The notes beneath the pieces were generated by a model that saw nothing but the letters and a program-made list of their open reading frames with translations, did no database searches and was not told where the DNA came from. A stretch of 61,320 bases of DNA, filler included. It is 3 parts of 3 records of this genome, joined end to end, with 100 filler letters (N's around TTAATTAATTAA, not from the genome) between each part and the next. Parts side by side here need not be neighbours in the genome. Positions count along the whole stretch, not along the records: positions 1 to 17,091 come from SRR20825019_722; 2 more parts are not named here. The stretch is one strand, 5' to 3'. Below are positions 1 to 14,083 of this stretch, piece by piece. The translations under genes and the position numbers were made by a program. Position 1 is the stretch's first letter. Each line of letters starts with the position of its first letter.

Positions 1-29
1 ATCATCATCATCATCATCATCATCATCAT
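1..29. repeat. (ATC)n trinucleotide repeat, probably encoding poly-Asp (GAT) on the minus strand
   Basis: ATCATCATC... seen directly, inside the acidic region of the minus-strand gene. Confidence 0.8.
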
Positions 30-1273
30 GTTGCACATCCCCATCGTCAGAAAATTCCATCACTTGATCAACATCACTTGCATCACTGAACTGAACATCA
101 TCATCCCCGCACTCCCCTAATATTACACCTTTAGACTCCAAGCATAAAGATCACACAATACCCAAATTCATACCCATCTCAGCGCCTGAATCGCTTTCAG
201 CACCAAATCCAAAGTCATCCACAAACTCATCAGCGGACCCTTCGTCATCCTCTTCATCCTCTTCATCCTCTCCATCCTCTCCATCCTCGTCATCCTCGTC
301 ACCCTCATCATCGCTATCTCCAAGTTGTAATTCATCATCTTCATCGGATTCGCTCTCTTCTCCAAGCCCAAAGTCTGCATATGCGGTCAGCCTCAGACCC
401 GATATGTCCACCAGTCACACCATGTACACACCATCGACGTCGTCATCGTCATCGCTTTCTTCTTGCGGGGCTTCGTAAGAGGCCTCACCTCCCCTCTTTT
501 TTTTCTTGCTGAACTTCTCCTCGACATAGTTGAGCAAGTCGTCGAGTCCATCTTCATTCTTGCCCTTCTTCTTGTTCATCCCCTAGAATACACCCGCATC
601 TTAACGCCACATCATCGCTGCAAAAGCGCACCACACATACCAGCTTCTTCTCATAATACGCGACCATCTCATCATCGTCGTCCTCTTCCCTCATGTACTT
701 ACTTGGGATCTTCGGCTTCTCAGTTTTCTTACCTAAGATCAGCTACATCAATCTTACTGAACACTAATCACTCACTTTCTCTGGCTTTTCCACTTTTGAT
801 TTCTTAACAGCGCGAGCATCACTCCCTTCGTCAGCTTGGCGCCGCTTCTTGGACTTCCCTACATGTACTGTAAGCACAGAAGCTAAACCTATGAAGCGCC
901 CAAGGCATACCAGTCTTCTCCGGGGGTGGGGGTGGGTTCTTCATTTTCTTAATATGTTGCTCCTACTCCAAGTCAGTCGCAGTCAAGACCCACCCAGGCC
1001 ACACAAACCTGCTTTTTCTTCTTGACCTCCTGCTTTTGTTGTTTCCGCTTATCTTTTCTTGTAAGTACCTTCTTCCCTTTGCGCTTCTTCCCCACACCTA
1101 GTATGAATGTCAGCTCAAATCTCAAACAAAGCGCTCCTCGCAGGTTTACCGTCTCCGTCATTTCCAAGCTCATCTCTCAGCGCAGCGGGCAGGTCAGTTG
1201 TTTTCGACTTTTTCGTGCGACCGCCAAGTCCAGCCCTGCCTCCCCGTGCACCTCCACGCCCGCCCCTATTCAT
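1..1273 (-). CDS. Nucleolar MIF4G-domain protein NOM1/Sgd1-like, 5' part, multi-exon; runs off the window start
   Basis: Spliced translation gives MNRGGRGGARGG...TTDLPAALRDELG|GVGKKRKGKKVLTRKDKRKQQKQE...EEDDDEMVAYYEKKL|GMNKKKGKNEDGLDDLL, then long D/E tracts. These motifs resemble the Sgd1/NOM1 N-terminus. GT-AG intron at ~1099-1149. The MIF4G domain itself is outside the window. Confidence 0.6.
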
Positions 1274-1720
1274 GACCGCACAGTTCCTTATCAGGTGAAG
1301 CCTCATCACTGAGAAATATATACCCACAGTCAGTCCAGCACGCGGAAAGAGGGCCAGGCCTTTGCGCCGCTGTGAATGGGCGGTCTCGATGGCCAATAGG
1401 GCTACGGACGTCAGGGTGTTGCTCAGCCCGGTGGTGTCGGGCCGTGTGTGGGGGCTCATTAGCCATTCATCCACCGTGACGTGACCTGACTACGTCTAAC
1501 TGGCTGAAAGGCCTGTGATTATAATATCGTCCAATTTGTGGAATCATAGTGGGCCCTCCTCGAGTTCTTGGATCTGCGTGGTGTTAGCAAACCGGTCCGG
1601 CCTACGTACGGCCGCCGTGCCTCCTTGATCAGCAAGTGATGACAGTCATGACCCCCGACTGGACCCGCTCCTGAGGGCAATGATCGCGACTGATGAGTGA
1701 TCGGCGAACGACAGGGTGCC

Positions 1721-1750
1721 CCACAACCACTTCAGCCACAACCACTTCAG
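1721..1750. repeat. 15-bp tandem duplication (CCACAACCACTTCAG x2) in a divergent promoter region
   Basis: Two exact copies seen directly. Confidence 0.9.
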
Positions 1751-1935
1751 GTGGCCGGTCAGTCAGGCGGCCGGTCGAGAAAAACCGACCCAGTTTCGCC
1801 TCCCTCACGGGTCAGAGGCAACACGCCCGCAAATGAATAGTTCATACTATGACCTAAAGCCTCCGAACTGATCACCGTATGTATTGGTGACCTTCCTCAA
1901 CTTGAGAGTTGTAGCAAGAAACTCTACCGGTCAAG

Positions 1936-3868
1936 ATGAGCTACGAACCCCTTATCCAACCCAATCAGATTGGCCAAGGTTCGCCTGCGTACCCTGGCGC
2001 AGTAGTGCCGCCGCCTGCTGCAGCCGGACCCCCACCCACTGCAGCCGGACCCCCACCCTCAGGGAAGAGAAGCACTCCATATGAAGGGGACGAAGGCAGA
2101 CTAGAAGGTAGCGCCTTTGCTTCTTGAATAGGAGTATACCTAAAACTTTATGTAGACATTGACCTGCCTGCGTTCCCCATTGCCGATGCCCCACCCCCTT
2201 CGCAAATGCCGTCGCATGTGCACTTATCGGTATGTTGAAAACTTTGCGTAGAAATGTATGCGATCTGTTGTGCTTACTTGGGATATCAAGCCTCAAGACC
2301 AGCTTCAAAAGGCTATCGAACAAACAAGTCCAGAGGAAGCCATCAAAGGTGCAGTGCTGTCCTTGTGCTCATTGAAGTTACTGCTGACCGTCACATTCAG
2401 CCTATGATGCCTTCTTGCAGAAAAAGTTTTTTGCAAAGCATGGCCTGGGTCCTACAATGGTAAGTTAGCCAACGTTTATTTCTCCTGTGTTTCTATATTT
2501 AGAAATCATTCCGAGTGTAGGTCATTGACAGTTTCAATCCATCCATTGCGTATCATGTCTCTGTCCGGAGCTTTACGGAGACCCGCTCGCATCAGCATAA
2601 GCACCGACCATGGTCGGGTACTGCGGTGGATGGCCCCCAGTACGGCGCTCCTCCCGGCATGTGGGTGATGGTCCCCCGTGAGTTTGCCGCATTTTTGCTG
2701 GCGGACTGTTCTAACAAGTGTGGACTCCAGGTGCACCCACCATGTTCCAACCATCCTCGGTGATAATGAAGGTCCCACACACCGAGGAGGTCCGAAAATG
2801 TTTCAAGTGCCGGGGAAGGGGTAAAGCACAACAGTCCCTCAGGTGCCGCATTTAGGCTGAACACGAACTCTAACAGGAGAACTTCGCTGCACCTCGTGTA
2901 GGGGTTGGGGCACAGTGGACTGCTTTTCATGCCGGAATGGATGGGTTACTGAATATGTTACAACTTCTGATGGTGAGCGGAAGTAAGTTGCAGTCGGATG
3001 TGCATGATTAGTATGCTCACAAGAACCTCCCCAGGGAGGAGAGACGGAGGTGTTTTCATTGCAACGGACGCGGCGAAACGAGGTGTACATGGTGCCACGG
3101 GTACGGCTACAAAACTTGCTCAACCTGCGATGGATTGAGAAGTCTGGTCCATTGGATCGATCTTCATGTTGACTGGAAGAATGAAATAGCTCAGAAGGGT
3201 ATTTTACGTAGTTATTGTGAATGTGTTAAGTTGAGCTCACTGTGCATTTGCGCAGTGCATGAGGAGCAAGCGGAAGGAAATAAGCAGCTCCCCGAGGCCT
3301 GTATCAAGTGTATGTAATTGCCATTGGCATGGCTACTGAGCTGATGACGTCGTGCAGCGGGGTCGAAGGTAACGCTTTGGCAAGAGGATGCCTATATCAT
3401 TGAAGAAAGACCCGACCGCATGAATCCGATCGTAAATCCCATGGCGAACTCATGCATTGCTCAGATGCGCCAGTTCACCACGAATACAACCAGTGAGTGT
3501 TCTTGCAAGTGTTAAGAGGGAATCTAAAAGAGTTTCACCAGGCCGCATGCTGCTTGCCCAACGACTGATGATTGAAGGCATTCCCGTTTACGAAGTACTC
3601 TACAAGATCGGAAATAAGGAATATCAGTTCTGGGTATGTTTGACTCTGCTAACCGATGTGTGCCGCTACCCCAATCTAACTACGCTGTCGCCAGCTTTAC
3701 GGGCAGCATGGAGCTACCAAAGTTTATGCCCATAACTATCCTAAGAATATGCTCAAGGTTTCCTGTTGCTGGTTCTTCTGTGTTCTCCTGATTCTCTTAG
3801 TTATTTTGGGAATCATTGTTGGAGTTATTGCCATGTGGTTCCCGCATGTATGGAATCAATTGTGGTAA
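1936..3868 (+). CDS. SSUH2-like protein (DnaJ-type CxxCxGxG zinc motifs) with C-terminal TM helix, multi-exon
   Basis: Exon fragments read FTETRSHQHKHRPWSGTAVDGPQYGAPPGMW, MKVPHTEEVRKCFKCRGRG, LVHWIDLHVDWKN, RMLLAQRLMIEGIPVYEVLYKIGNKEYQFW and VYAHNYP. They follow the SSUH2 motif order. Pro-rich N-terminus; TAA at 3866-3868. Confidence 0.75.
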
Positions 3869-3928
3869 CCAATTCAAATCGGATATATATAAATATGGTG
3901 GAACAGCCCCTTTACCACTGAGATGACT

Positions 3929-5108
3929 CTAGTCCGCCTTTCTGCGACCAGCACGTCCATGCTTCTTGGTACCACTAGATTTAAAGGTTCTAGTCAGGGC
4001 TAGATATTGCATGAATGCCCCAACCAAACAACAGATGCAAAGGTAGACATGCCCTATCCCAAACACCGTTATAGCCTCCCTTGTCTCATCAGTGAAGAGC
4101 TTCATGGTCCCAGCCTTCCGGCATGCGTCTAGTAGAGCCATTTCCCGTGGCTCCACGTGGAGGATATAGCCTGGTCCGGCAACTAGCAATAGCAGCAATA
4201 CTGGGTTTGCACAATATATTAGTTCACAGTTCAACATTATCTTCCAGCAACCACTCACCGAATACATCAATAGGGCTTCTTTCCTTGTACACCCGATACC
4301 CCACGATTCCAAGGGTGCCCAAGATCACCCCGGGAACAACCAAAGTGTGAATAAACCCGTCGACATGAATTGTATTATTCACCACCGCCTGGTACCCATA
4401 AGTCCGGTGGTACGGATTAAGTATTGCGGGCAAGTCAAATATGCAGTTCTGTTGCTACCGAGTCAGAGAATGCCACCGTATAGTCTACACGGCGCCACCC
4501 ACTTGAAGGTTTAGGCCAAATGCAAGGCCCAACGGAATGATCTCGGGCCGCTTCAACTTCTTGGACATCAGCGTGCTCAGCAGAACCGATCCAAAAACGA
4601 AAAATACACTCAGTCTGCGCGGATACATAGTCTCAAAGTGTTCCATAGCCTTCGAACCGGGGTGCGTTCCAATCGCAACCCACGTTCCGGGCCACACGTT
4701 GTTGTAGAAGTTGAAAAGACCGACACAATACGCTGCAGGATACGGTAAGTGCTGTTTTGGTTGCCTGGACTTGGTACCCACCAACCAAATTACACAGAGC
4801 CGAGAAGCGGCCATTTCCGAGCAAAAGACTTTCCAGAGACGAAAAGAAGACCACTGCGCCAGTGAAAATGCGAAGTCCATGGGCAATGAAAAACTTAATT
4901 GCACCTGGTCAGAGTCCTATTAGAAGTTCAATAGAAGTGAATGGCTTAGCACAATACCCCGATAAAAATAACCAGCATTCTGCGCTGCAAGGTCCATCTC
5001 CACGACTTCTTTTCCTTTGGTTTGGAGCACATATTGGTCAGTGCTTATTTCCAAAAGGAAAAAGCCCAGCAAAGTGGACAGCAGGAAAACATCAAAGTGC
5101 TGTCCCAT
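3929..5108 (-). CDS. Multi-pass membrane protein, apparently two tandem 4-TM units (Shr3-like pattern), multi-exon
   Basis: ATG at 5108 (MGQHFDVFLLSTLLGFFLL). Hydrophobic exon fragments are joined by ~50-nt GT-AG introns. Basic C-tail GRRKAD*. Confidence 0.55.
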
Positions 5109-5179
5109 TCCGTCGTGTGGTGAACCACTCTTCAAACGTTTCAAAATCTGAGAAGTACTTCACACCAGTGAATATAAGA

Positions 5180-5700
5180 CAGCTGGCGGCGGCGGGGCTC
5201 CGGCCACGCCGGCGCGCCGCGGCTCGCATGACGGTGAGCCGTCCCAGGTTACTCACTTACCTTACCTGCGAGTTCGGTTTGATGAGTGGCGGTGCCCCGG
5301 TGGGGCCGGGCGCCGCCGCCGCCCCGGCCCGCGGCGCCGGCGGCGCGCGGCCGCGGCCGGGCCGGGCCGCGCCGCGCCGCGCCGCCGCTCGCAGGCTATG
5401 CCGGTCCCGTCCCCCCGGCCCCGGTCCGGTGCCGGCGCCGCCCCGCACGGCCCGACTCGGCGACGGACCCGGACGTCGGGTCAGGTCGGTCAGTCCGGCT
5501 CAGATGCATGGCCACTGAACTCAGCCTGCCGGGGCAGTCGGTCCCGTCCCGCTCAGCTGCGTCCCGGGGGGGGCGCCCGGCCGGGGCGGCCGGGACGGCG
5601 GCGGCCGGGACAGGGCCGGCGCCCGCGGGCCGCCCGGTACAGTACGGAGCAGCGGCATTCATGATTCGTTCGCCAGCAAGCATGCCATCAGTGACCTCGC
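5180..5700. promoter_or_regulatory. Extreme GC island in the divergent intergenic region (putative bidirectional promoter)
   Basis: 87-nt run containing only G/C at 5302-5388; lies between ATGs at 5108(-) and 5799(+). Confidence 0.6.
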
Positions 5701-5798
5701 CTTTGAAGGAGGTATGAAACACTACTTGTAACTGTATGTGTGATATGTGTTAATTTGCCAAAGCTCTACGGCAGTACGCTTAGGTTTTTTTTCCAACC

Positions 5799-7333
5799 AT
5801 GAGCGCAGAATCCGAAAAGTTTTTGAGTGAGGAGTTTGAAGAGGTGAAAAAGTCTATTCCTCCTTCCTCTTTAGAGAGCTGCACTCGTAGGATGTTTCGT
5901 TGTAATGTCCAGTATGTTTGGTTGCAGCATCTATTTTCATTTGCTGATTGCGATTGAATAGAAAAACCCCAGCCAAAGAAGCAACGATGATATTGCAGTT
6001 TCCGTTTGAGTATCCTGAAGACTGCCTAATAGTGGAGCTGAAGAGCAAGGTGCTACCCCATGACTTGATGAATAAGCTAAGCAAAGCTTGCGACGCAGAG
6101 GCTTGTGAACACTCCAAATCTCATGCCCGATCGATGCTAAACTGCGGTCGTGTAGGTCAAAAAGCATAAGTGCAAGGCTCAAATTATGGCAGTTTTTAAC
6201 CTGGTGAAGAAATTCATTGAGTCCAATATGTTCTTGCCATGTTTTGAGGACATCCGCTTGCTAAAAGAGAAAGTCCCTGATGTATGGGTTGTCCTCGTGC
6301 AGAAGTGATGTCTGTACCAACATACTTGCAGGCGAAGTTCAACGAGTCCAAGGGAACGATATCAATGAAGCTAGTGGAAGGGAACTATTTTGTTTCTGCC
6401 GTACTGACTGTTCCTGATAAATATCCGGCTCAAGCAGTTGCCGTGGACATTAAGGATTCTAATTTCGGCGACAAAATGGTTCAGGTGTTGACCGCCCACT
6501 CTCGGGAGATAGCGAGGCGCTGTGTCGAAAGAACATCGACCTTGCAAGCGGGAGGTGCCAGTGCCAGCAAGAAAAAGGAAAAGGCTCCTGACATTTCTGT
6601 GAAGAGTATGTATTTGCTGATGGATATCGATTTTCGTTTGACTTAAAGACTCTTGAAGCTGTTCACCAGGTTCGCTACGACAACCAGTTCTTGAAGCAAG
6701 CCGCTGCAGTTGAAGGTCGCATGAAGCGCCGCGTTTTGAAGAAGGAGGGCGCACGGATGCGAGAAGCAGAGAACGGTGCCGACGAGGACGATAACTTTGA
6801 GGCCGCGCCTAGCCTTTTGCCTACGTTTGAGTATATGCATGACAGTTTCGCGATGAAGCTCCCAAAGGACTTGTGCCCAGCGTGCTCTCTGTCCGTTATG
6901 AACAAGGAGCCGAAGGAGCGTATGTATTCCTTGCAGTCTTTGAAAAGGCTTTGGCTAATTATTTTGTCTGGTCAGATCTGAAGTCACTCCAAAAGGATAA
7001 GAACATTGAGCGGGCAACGTGCGGTCATTGGTACCACTACGAATGCCTGGACAAACTTCTTAGCGAGCCTCCCTTTGACAAACTGTGCACGTATCCTGGA
7101 TGCACGAGGAAGCTTCAACATCACAAATGGACGGGGGACGACAAGAAGCTCGAGAAGCGATGGGCGATGCAACAGGTATGGTGACCATAGGCTTATATAT
7201 TTGGTGTGCTCATAATCAGGCACAGGCTGCTCATAGGGAGCTTGGTGACGTGGTAGACTTTCTGGGAGTTCCGGACGAATTTGTCAGACCTGAAGATGAG
7301 AGGAACAAGCTGCCAGGATATGGCAACAGCTAA
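5799..7333 (+). CDS. RWD/UBC-like domain protein with C-terminal RING-like zinc finger (putative E3 ligase), multi-exon
   Basis: LQFPFEYP and LTVPDKYP are two RWD-like YP motifs. CPAC...CGHWYHYECL...CTYPGC is a RING-like ligand set, followed by RWAMQQ...RELGDVVDFL. ~50-nt introns. Confidence 0.65.
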
Positions 7334-7602
7334 GTCATATCGATGTGAAAACCTTCGAAAGATCATGGACACCGCGTGGAGAGCTACATCGCTGCTACAG
7401 TCAAGAAGATGGGACCCCCCGCCCAGCTCAACCCGTAAATCACACCAACGCTCCTCTTTACTCATTGCTTAGAGCAGCGCTTCTCCCTTGAACAGTACTA
7501 TTGAGAATGCCTCGCCAACTAGCAAATTCTTCCAGAAACACCTTTCCCCAAACTTGGCCAGACAATCTTCAAGAGCGAAGTTCCCTACTTCAGCAAAACG
7601 CT

Positions 7603-8562
7603 TCAGTTCCGCAGCAATTTTTTGGGTGTTGCCGATGGCGTGTCTGGCATAACGGACACAGTTGCTGTCGGAACCACTGGGCTGTTCTTGCCGCTATCGT
7701 TTCCAGGAGCAGCAGGCTGAGAAGCCGAGAAGGCAACGGGCGCAGCGACAACAGCAGCTGGAACAGCCTTGGTTCGCGAGTCGTTAACCTGTGGTGTCAC
7801 AGTAGCAGTGGCAGCAGCAGCCGGGGCGGCAGAGAGGGCCACGGCAGCAGGATCCGAACTCGCTTGCGCAGCAGGCTGTGCCTGAGGCGCCTGGCCTTCC
7901 AAGGTAACTGGCTGATCCCCCCATCCGCCAGTCTTCGTGTGCTCCTTAACCCATTTCTCATGCTCCTCCTTCTTCTGAGCCTGCAAAGCCACATACCGTG
8001 CCTGCGCTTCTTTCACCTGCTTAGCAGCCTCGGCGACGCTAAGGGGCTTCTTCACACCCACTGCAGATGGCTCCGCCAGTTCGGGGGAAGGAGTAGCCTT
8101 CTTTGGCTCGAACTCATCAACGGCATGACTCTCAGCTTTGTGCAGGGTATCTTCGCTCTGTGTAATAGCTGTGCTGTACTTACTCTGCTCACCTGCCAGG
8201 TCGTTCTCTGCCTCTTTAAGTGAAGCTAGATCGGCCTTCAGCTTGTCTTCCCGGCGTGTGATACGCTGCTTGATCAGCCCTTCCACAGAACCCTCATCAA
8301 GTTGTGCCTTTTGGAGAGCAATATCGGCAACTGTTGCCGGATGTTGGTCCTGACGCTCCTCACTCGCGCTAATGGCACCATTCAGACTGGTTTCGGCATC
8401 TTGGGCAAGCTTCTCGGCCTTTGCAGCCTCGGCATGAGACGTTTCACGAGACCGCTCAAGATCAGCAGCAAACTCACTGGTGGTATCAGCCGGTGATGGT
8501 GCCGCCTCGGCAACCACCACGGCGAGAACAGACACCACACCAACCAGCAGTGTGGTCCGCAT
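7603..8562 (-). CDS. Secreted Ala/Glu-rich coiled-coil protein, single exon, unknown function
   Basis: 319-aa ORF with N-terminal signal peptide MRTTLLVGVVSVLAVVVAEA, heptad-rich middle and Pro/Ala/Thr tail. Confidence 0.7.
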   Translation of the reverse strand: MRTTLLVGVVSVLAVVVAEAAPSPADTTSEFAADLERSRETSHAEAAKAEKLAQDAETSLNGAISASEERQDQHPATVADIALQKAQLDEGSVEGLIKQRITRREDKLKADLASLKEAENDLAGEQSKYSTAITQSEDTLHKAESHAVDEFEPKKATPSPELAEPSAVGVKKPLSVAEAAKQVKEAQARYVALQAQKKEEHEKWVKEHTKTGGWGDQPVTLEGQAPQAQPAAQASSDPAAVALSAAPAAAATATVTPQVNDSRTKAVPAAVVAAPVAFSASQPAAPGNDSGKNSPVVPTATVSVMPDTPSATPKKLLRN

Positions 8563-8769
8563 GGCACTTCGTCGTAGCTGACAACGGCGATGTCAGACCA
8601 GCTATATTTGTAGTGTGCTGATCCAGAGGCCTGCCGGCCACCTCCACACAAGAAAACCAGAGTTTTGTCGCAACCAGGATGGGTAAAGGTGGGCCATGGC
8701 CCTTCGCTGTGCTCGCGTCGCCTTTGCCTGGCTTTTGCTCACCAGCCAACCCGTGGTCGCCTCAGTCCA

Positions 8770-9330
8770 ATCCGGTGCCCGGGCAGCTGGCCGAGGGCGG
8801 CCGGCCACTGGGCCGGCGTCGGCGCTTGGACCCCTCCGGGTCATCACTGGCCGAGCCGGCCGGCGCGGCGCGCCAAGGGCCCTTGCCCTACGCTAATATA
8901 CACTATATCGAGATTATCCATTATATAGATGGGAAGGAGCCCTCCGGCCTCCACCAGACTTCCAGTCCCGCCTGCTTGGAAGAAAGTCCCTTTTCCCGAC
9001 AGGCTGACTAGCCGGCTGCCCAGCGGGATCACAACTGATCTCCACGACTCCGCCCATCGCTGCGAGGGCCACTGACTGGCTGTGCCACTGAGCACTGTGA
9101 GGTGGGCGGTCGGCCGCGGGGGCCGCGGCGGTTGGATCCCTCATCGACCACGGCGAGCGACGGGTGCCACCAAGGAGTCGAGGACGTTCTCGGGCCTTGC
9201 GAGCTTGATCGCTTGAGCTGGCCCGGTCGGTGCCCCACGCGCGGCCCTGACGAGGTGCCCGGCCTGCCGCGCTCGCTCGCTCGCCCGTCCCAAAAACGGC
9301 TTGCCAAGCACAGGCCGCCGGCTCACTGGC
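8770..9330. promoter_or_regulatory. GC island(s) in the divergent intergenic region
   Basis: GC-rich blocks at 8770-8880 and 9100-9330 flank an AT-rich TATA-like patch (~8893-8928), between ATGs at 8562(-) and 9509(+). Confidence 0.5.
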
Positions 9331-9508
9331 AGGCAAACTGGCTCTTGCAAGGTTCAGTCTGTCTCACTGCAGTCTGGTTTGGCAACGCTGTTCCGGGAGC
9401 TCTCGCACTGACTGATCTGATAACTTTTCCAGAGAGAGCCCGCGTTCTCGTTTAGTTTCCCTTTCATATATGTTGAAAAGTTCATGTTGAAGGAAAACTA
9501 CCTAGAAT

Positions 9509-11389
<1,881 letters not shown>

Positions 11390-11511
11390 CTAGTGCAGGA
11401 AAGGCGCACATCGATTCGCTCGCGGCTCTAAGCGAGAGACGCGCTTTCACGCCGTCCTATATGCGCCCTCTATAAAGTGTTAGATTCATCATATGAGCTA
11501 GCCGGAGAACG

Positions 11512-13477
11512 CTACAGCATTTTGTGCCGACGAAGGCAACATATAAGGATCGCCGCGATTATTCCCATGAGAATACAGATGGCAAGGAACCACCATGGTC
11601 CAGGGTCACTTTGGCCAGGCACGTACACGTTCATTCCGAACATCCCTGCCACAAGGGAAAGAGGCAGCATGATGGTCGCGACGGCGCTGAACTTTTTCAT
11701 GACAACATTGATGCGATTCGAAGCTTCCGCCACTTCCAAAGAGAGCTGTGCTAGGTAGTTGCTGTGGGAAAACGAAAGCATCTCCCTTCCTCCCTCCACC
11801 TTCTCCAACATCCTCACAAGATGATCCAGCACATCCCGAAAATACACTCTGCTGTTGACACTGATGTTTGGGAGATCCTTTGTCACAATAGTGGCAACCA
11901 CTTCCTTCTTAGGAATGAGGACCCGCCGCAATTTCGCCAAGCGTGCGCGGGCACTGCCTTTAGTAATACATCAATACATGCACAGAGTGTAACTATGTGA
12001 TCACCCACCTATACGGAGAAGGACATCCTGTGCTGAATCGCGGACACTAACAAGACCAGACAAGTCATCAATACTCTCCACCCCTCCGATTGCTCCTGCC
12101 ACTACTGTTCCAAAGAGATCCGTCGATATATCCATAATCAAGTACAGGATCCAGCAGGTGCTGAAGTAATGCTGTCGCCGGATAGATGTTTTCTCTAAGC
12201 GGCCAATCACGTTGGAGACGACATCAGTTGGAGACGAATGGAAGGACAGAATGCAATTCTCAAAAATTATTACGTAGATGGAAACAATATCCAGGTAATC
12301 CCGGCCAAAATTTTCGTTGATTGTTCCCACATTCACGAACAAGTAGTCATGGTCTACAAAATATTCAACCTGGAGCCGACTTAGAAAACTCAAAACACAA
12401 CATGCTCATTGTGGCTACCTTCTCGCGTCCCTCGATATCATCGGTCGACAGGACGTCCTCACAGGTTAGAGGGTGCAGGTGAAACATCTCTTCGATAATG
12501 GCCATATCAGCCTCAGTAATTGCCAAAAAATCGAGCCAATAAGGACCCTTCGTTCGAATGTCATTCGGTAGCTCAGACACGGACTTGTACTGCACAACTT
12601 GACGTGTCGGACCGACGTATGTAATCAGGGGGTCAAAATTTTCTTCTAGCGAATTTACAAGCTGACCACCAATGAATACCATCATAAGCAGTATACTGGG
12701 TATACTTACCTGGCTCGTAGGGTGAAACGGGTCCACAGCATCTTCATGAGCACTTGCAACGCCCATCTCAATATCACTATGGTTGCCGTCCTTCCTACAC
12801 GTAGAGCCGTTCTTTTCTGCAGCCATTGTGCTCCTCAGCTACCGATATGAACCCCTTCAGCCCCATTTGCCACCTACCTATATCACTTTCTCGCCGTGGT
12901 GATCCTAAGACGATGCTTCCATTCTGTTCCTCCTGAAGTGCATCTAGAGCCTGCGACAGGCTACGACGCGTGCGATCGGCGCTCATATCTGCACCGATGG
13001 TTTTTTCGCGGCCTGGTGATGCACTGCCGCTGTGGCGATTGCTCTTTCCTCCTTCATCTTCACTAGCATTAGAACTTCGACGCAAACGGGTCGAGCCCGG
13101 TGCCACCTCTAGGTAATCCCCTCCTGTACTTTCCTGTTTGCACGGAGACTAAGGCCTCACTCTAAAAGGCAAGTGCAAAGGGTATTCTCACCTCGCCGTC
13201 GGCTGTTGAAACAATGGAGAGTGGGATGGCGTCACCCCTCGCGCTGGAGTTGACAGCATCGCCCTCCATAGATACGACAGCAGGTTCTGAAAAGGTTCTT
13301 CTCACAATTTCAGGGCTAACATCCATAATACTTGTTTCCTTATCCACTTGAGACGTCGACAGAGCCTTGCCTAAGCACCAGTAAGAGTCCTAGTCAGCTT
13401 TTCACCCATCACATAGACACAGCCATACCATTGGCTGTTACAGGAGCTGGTTCGTTGCCAACGCCAGAAATTGACAT
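11512..13477 (-). CDS. CorA/ALR-family Mg2+ transporter, multi-exon; start approximate
   Basis: YWLDF, FHLHPLTCED, YFRDVLDH and AGMFGMNVYVPG (GMN motif), two C-terminal TM helices and a disordered N-terminus. Confidence 0.88.
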
Positions 13478-13599
13478 CTGAACAACAAAAATTGGACCGT
13501 GCCTCTAGAACAAGGCGATTCCACTCCTTGGAGTCCTGAAATTAAACTAGCCTCCAGATATTCACATATAGTGTCGAAGTCGTTTGCTTTTACTACGGC

Positions 13600-13940
13600 C
13601 GGCAGGGATCCGCGCCCCGGCTCACGGGCACGGATGGCTACGAGCCGTCCTGGCGCCCGGCGGGCAGCGGGGGCGGGCCGCTCCGCCTAAGCCACGCCTG
13701 CCAGGGGCCGCGGCCGCCGCCCGCACCTCCGGCGGCGGGCCGGGGGCCCCGGCGGCCGACGCGGCGCCGGGCCCGCCGGGGGCCACCTCGGGTGCCATTG
13801 ATTCGATGGGATAGCCCTGCATCGGAATTGGTGATTCCCCCGGTCTCGCTACAGTCCAACACGACCGGACGATGATCTCGCGGTCGCGGCCCGCTGACCC
13901 GCAACCCGGCTCGTCGTGCCGGCAAGTTGGCCCATTGCAC
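13600..13940. promoter_or_regulatory. GC island upstream of the CorA-like gene
   Basis: Near-pure G/C at 13650-13790, ~120-450 nt upstream of the minus-strand start. Confidence 0.55.
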
Positions 13941-14083
13941 CCAGCCTTTCGCGGCTCAGTCTTGCATGGCTCGGTAAGTAGCCACACAACTGCGTGTTTG
14001 ACTTATCCGCAATACTTAATCAACTCCTTTAATCTATCATACGAGGTGCTGTGTCAACAACCGAACCGGAGTCATATTTAGGT

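Noticed and set aside
2024-2058. 21-nt duplication (GCTGCAGCCGGACCCCCACCC-like)
   Set aside because: A simple in-frame duplication encoding AAGPPP twice in a disordered N-terminus
5257-5722. Pro/Arg/Gly/Ala-rich ORFs in GC islands (also 8600-9450, 13584-13987, 22788-24159, 31355-32366, 35758-36105)
   Set aside because: Stop codons are scarce in GC-rich DNA; ORFs overlap in all frames and have no protein-like motifs
12702-12713. U1 snRNA 5' end ATACTTACCTGG (also ACTTACC at ~5255)
   Set aside because: It is the reverse complement of a CAG|GTAAGTAT donor in the CorA gene; no U1 body follows
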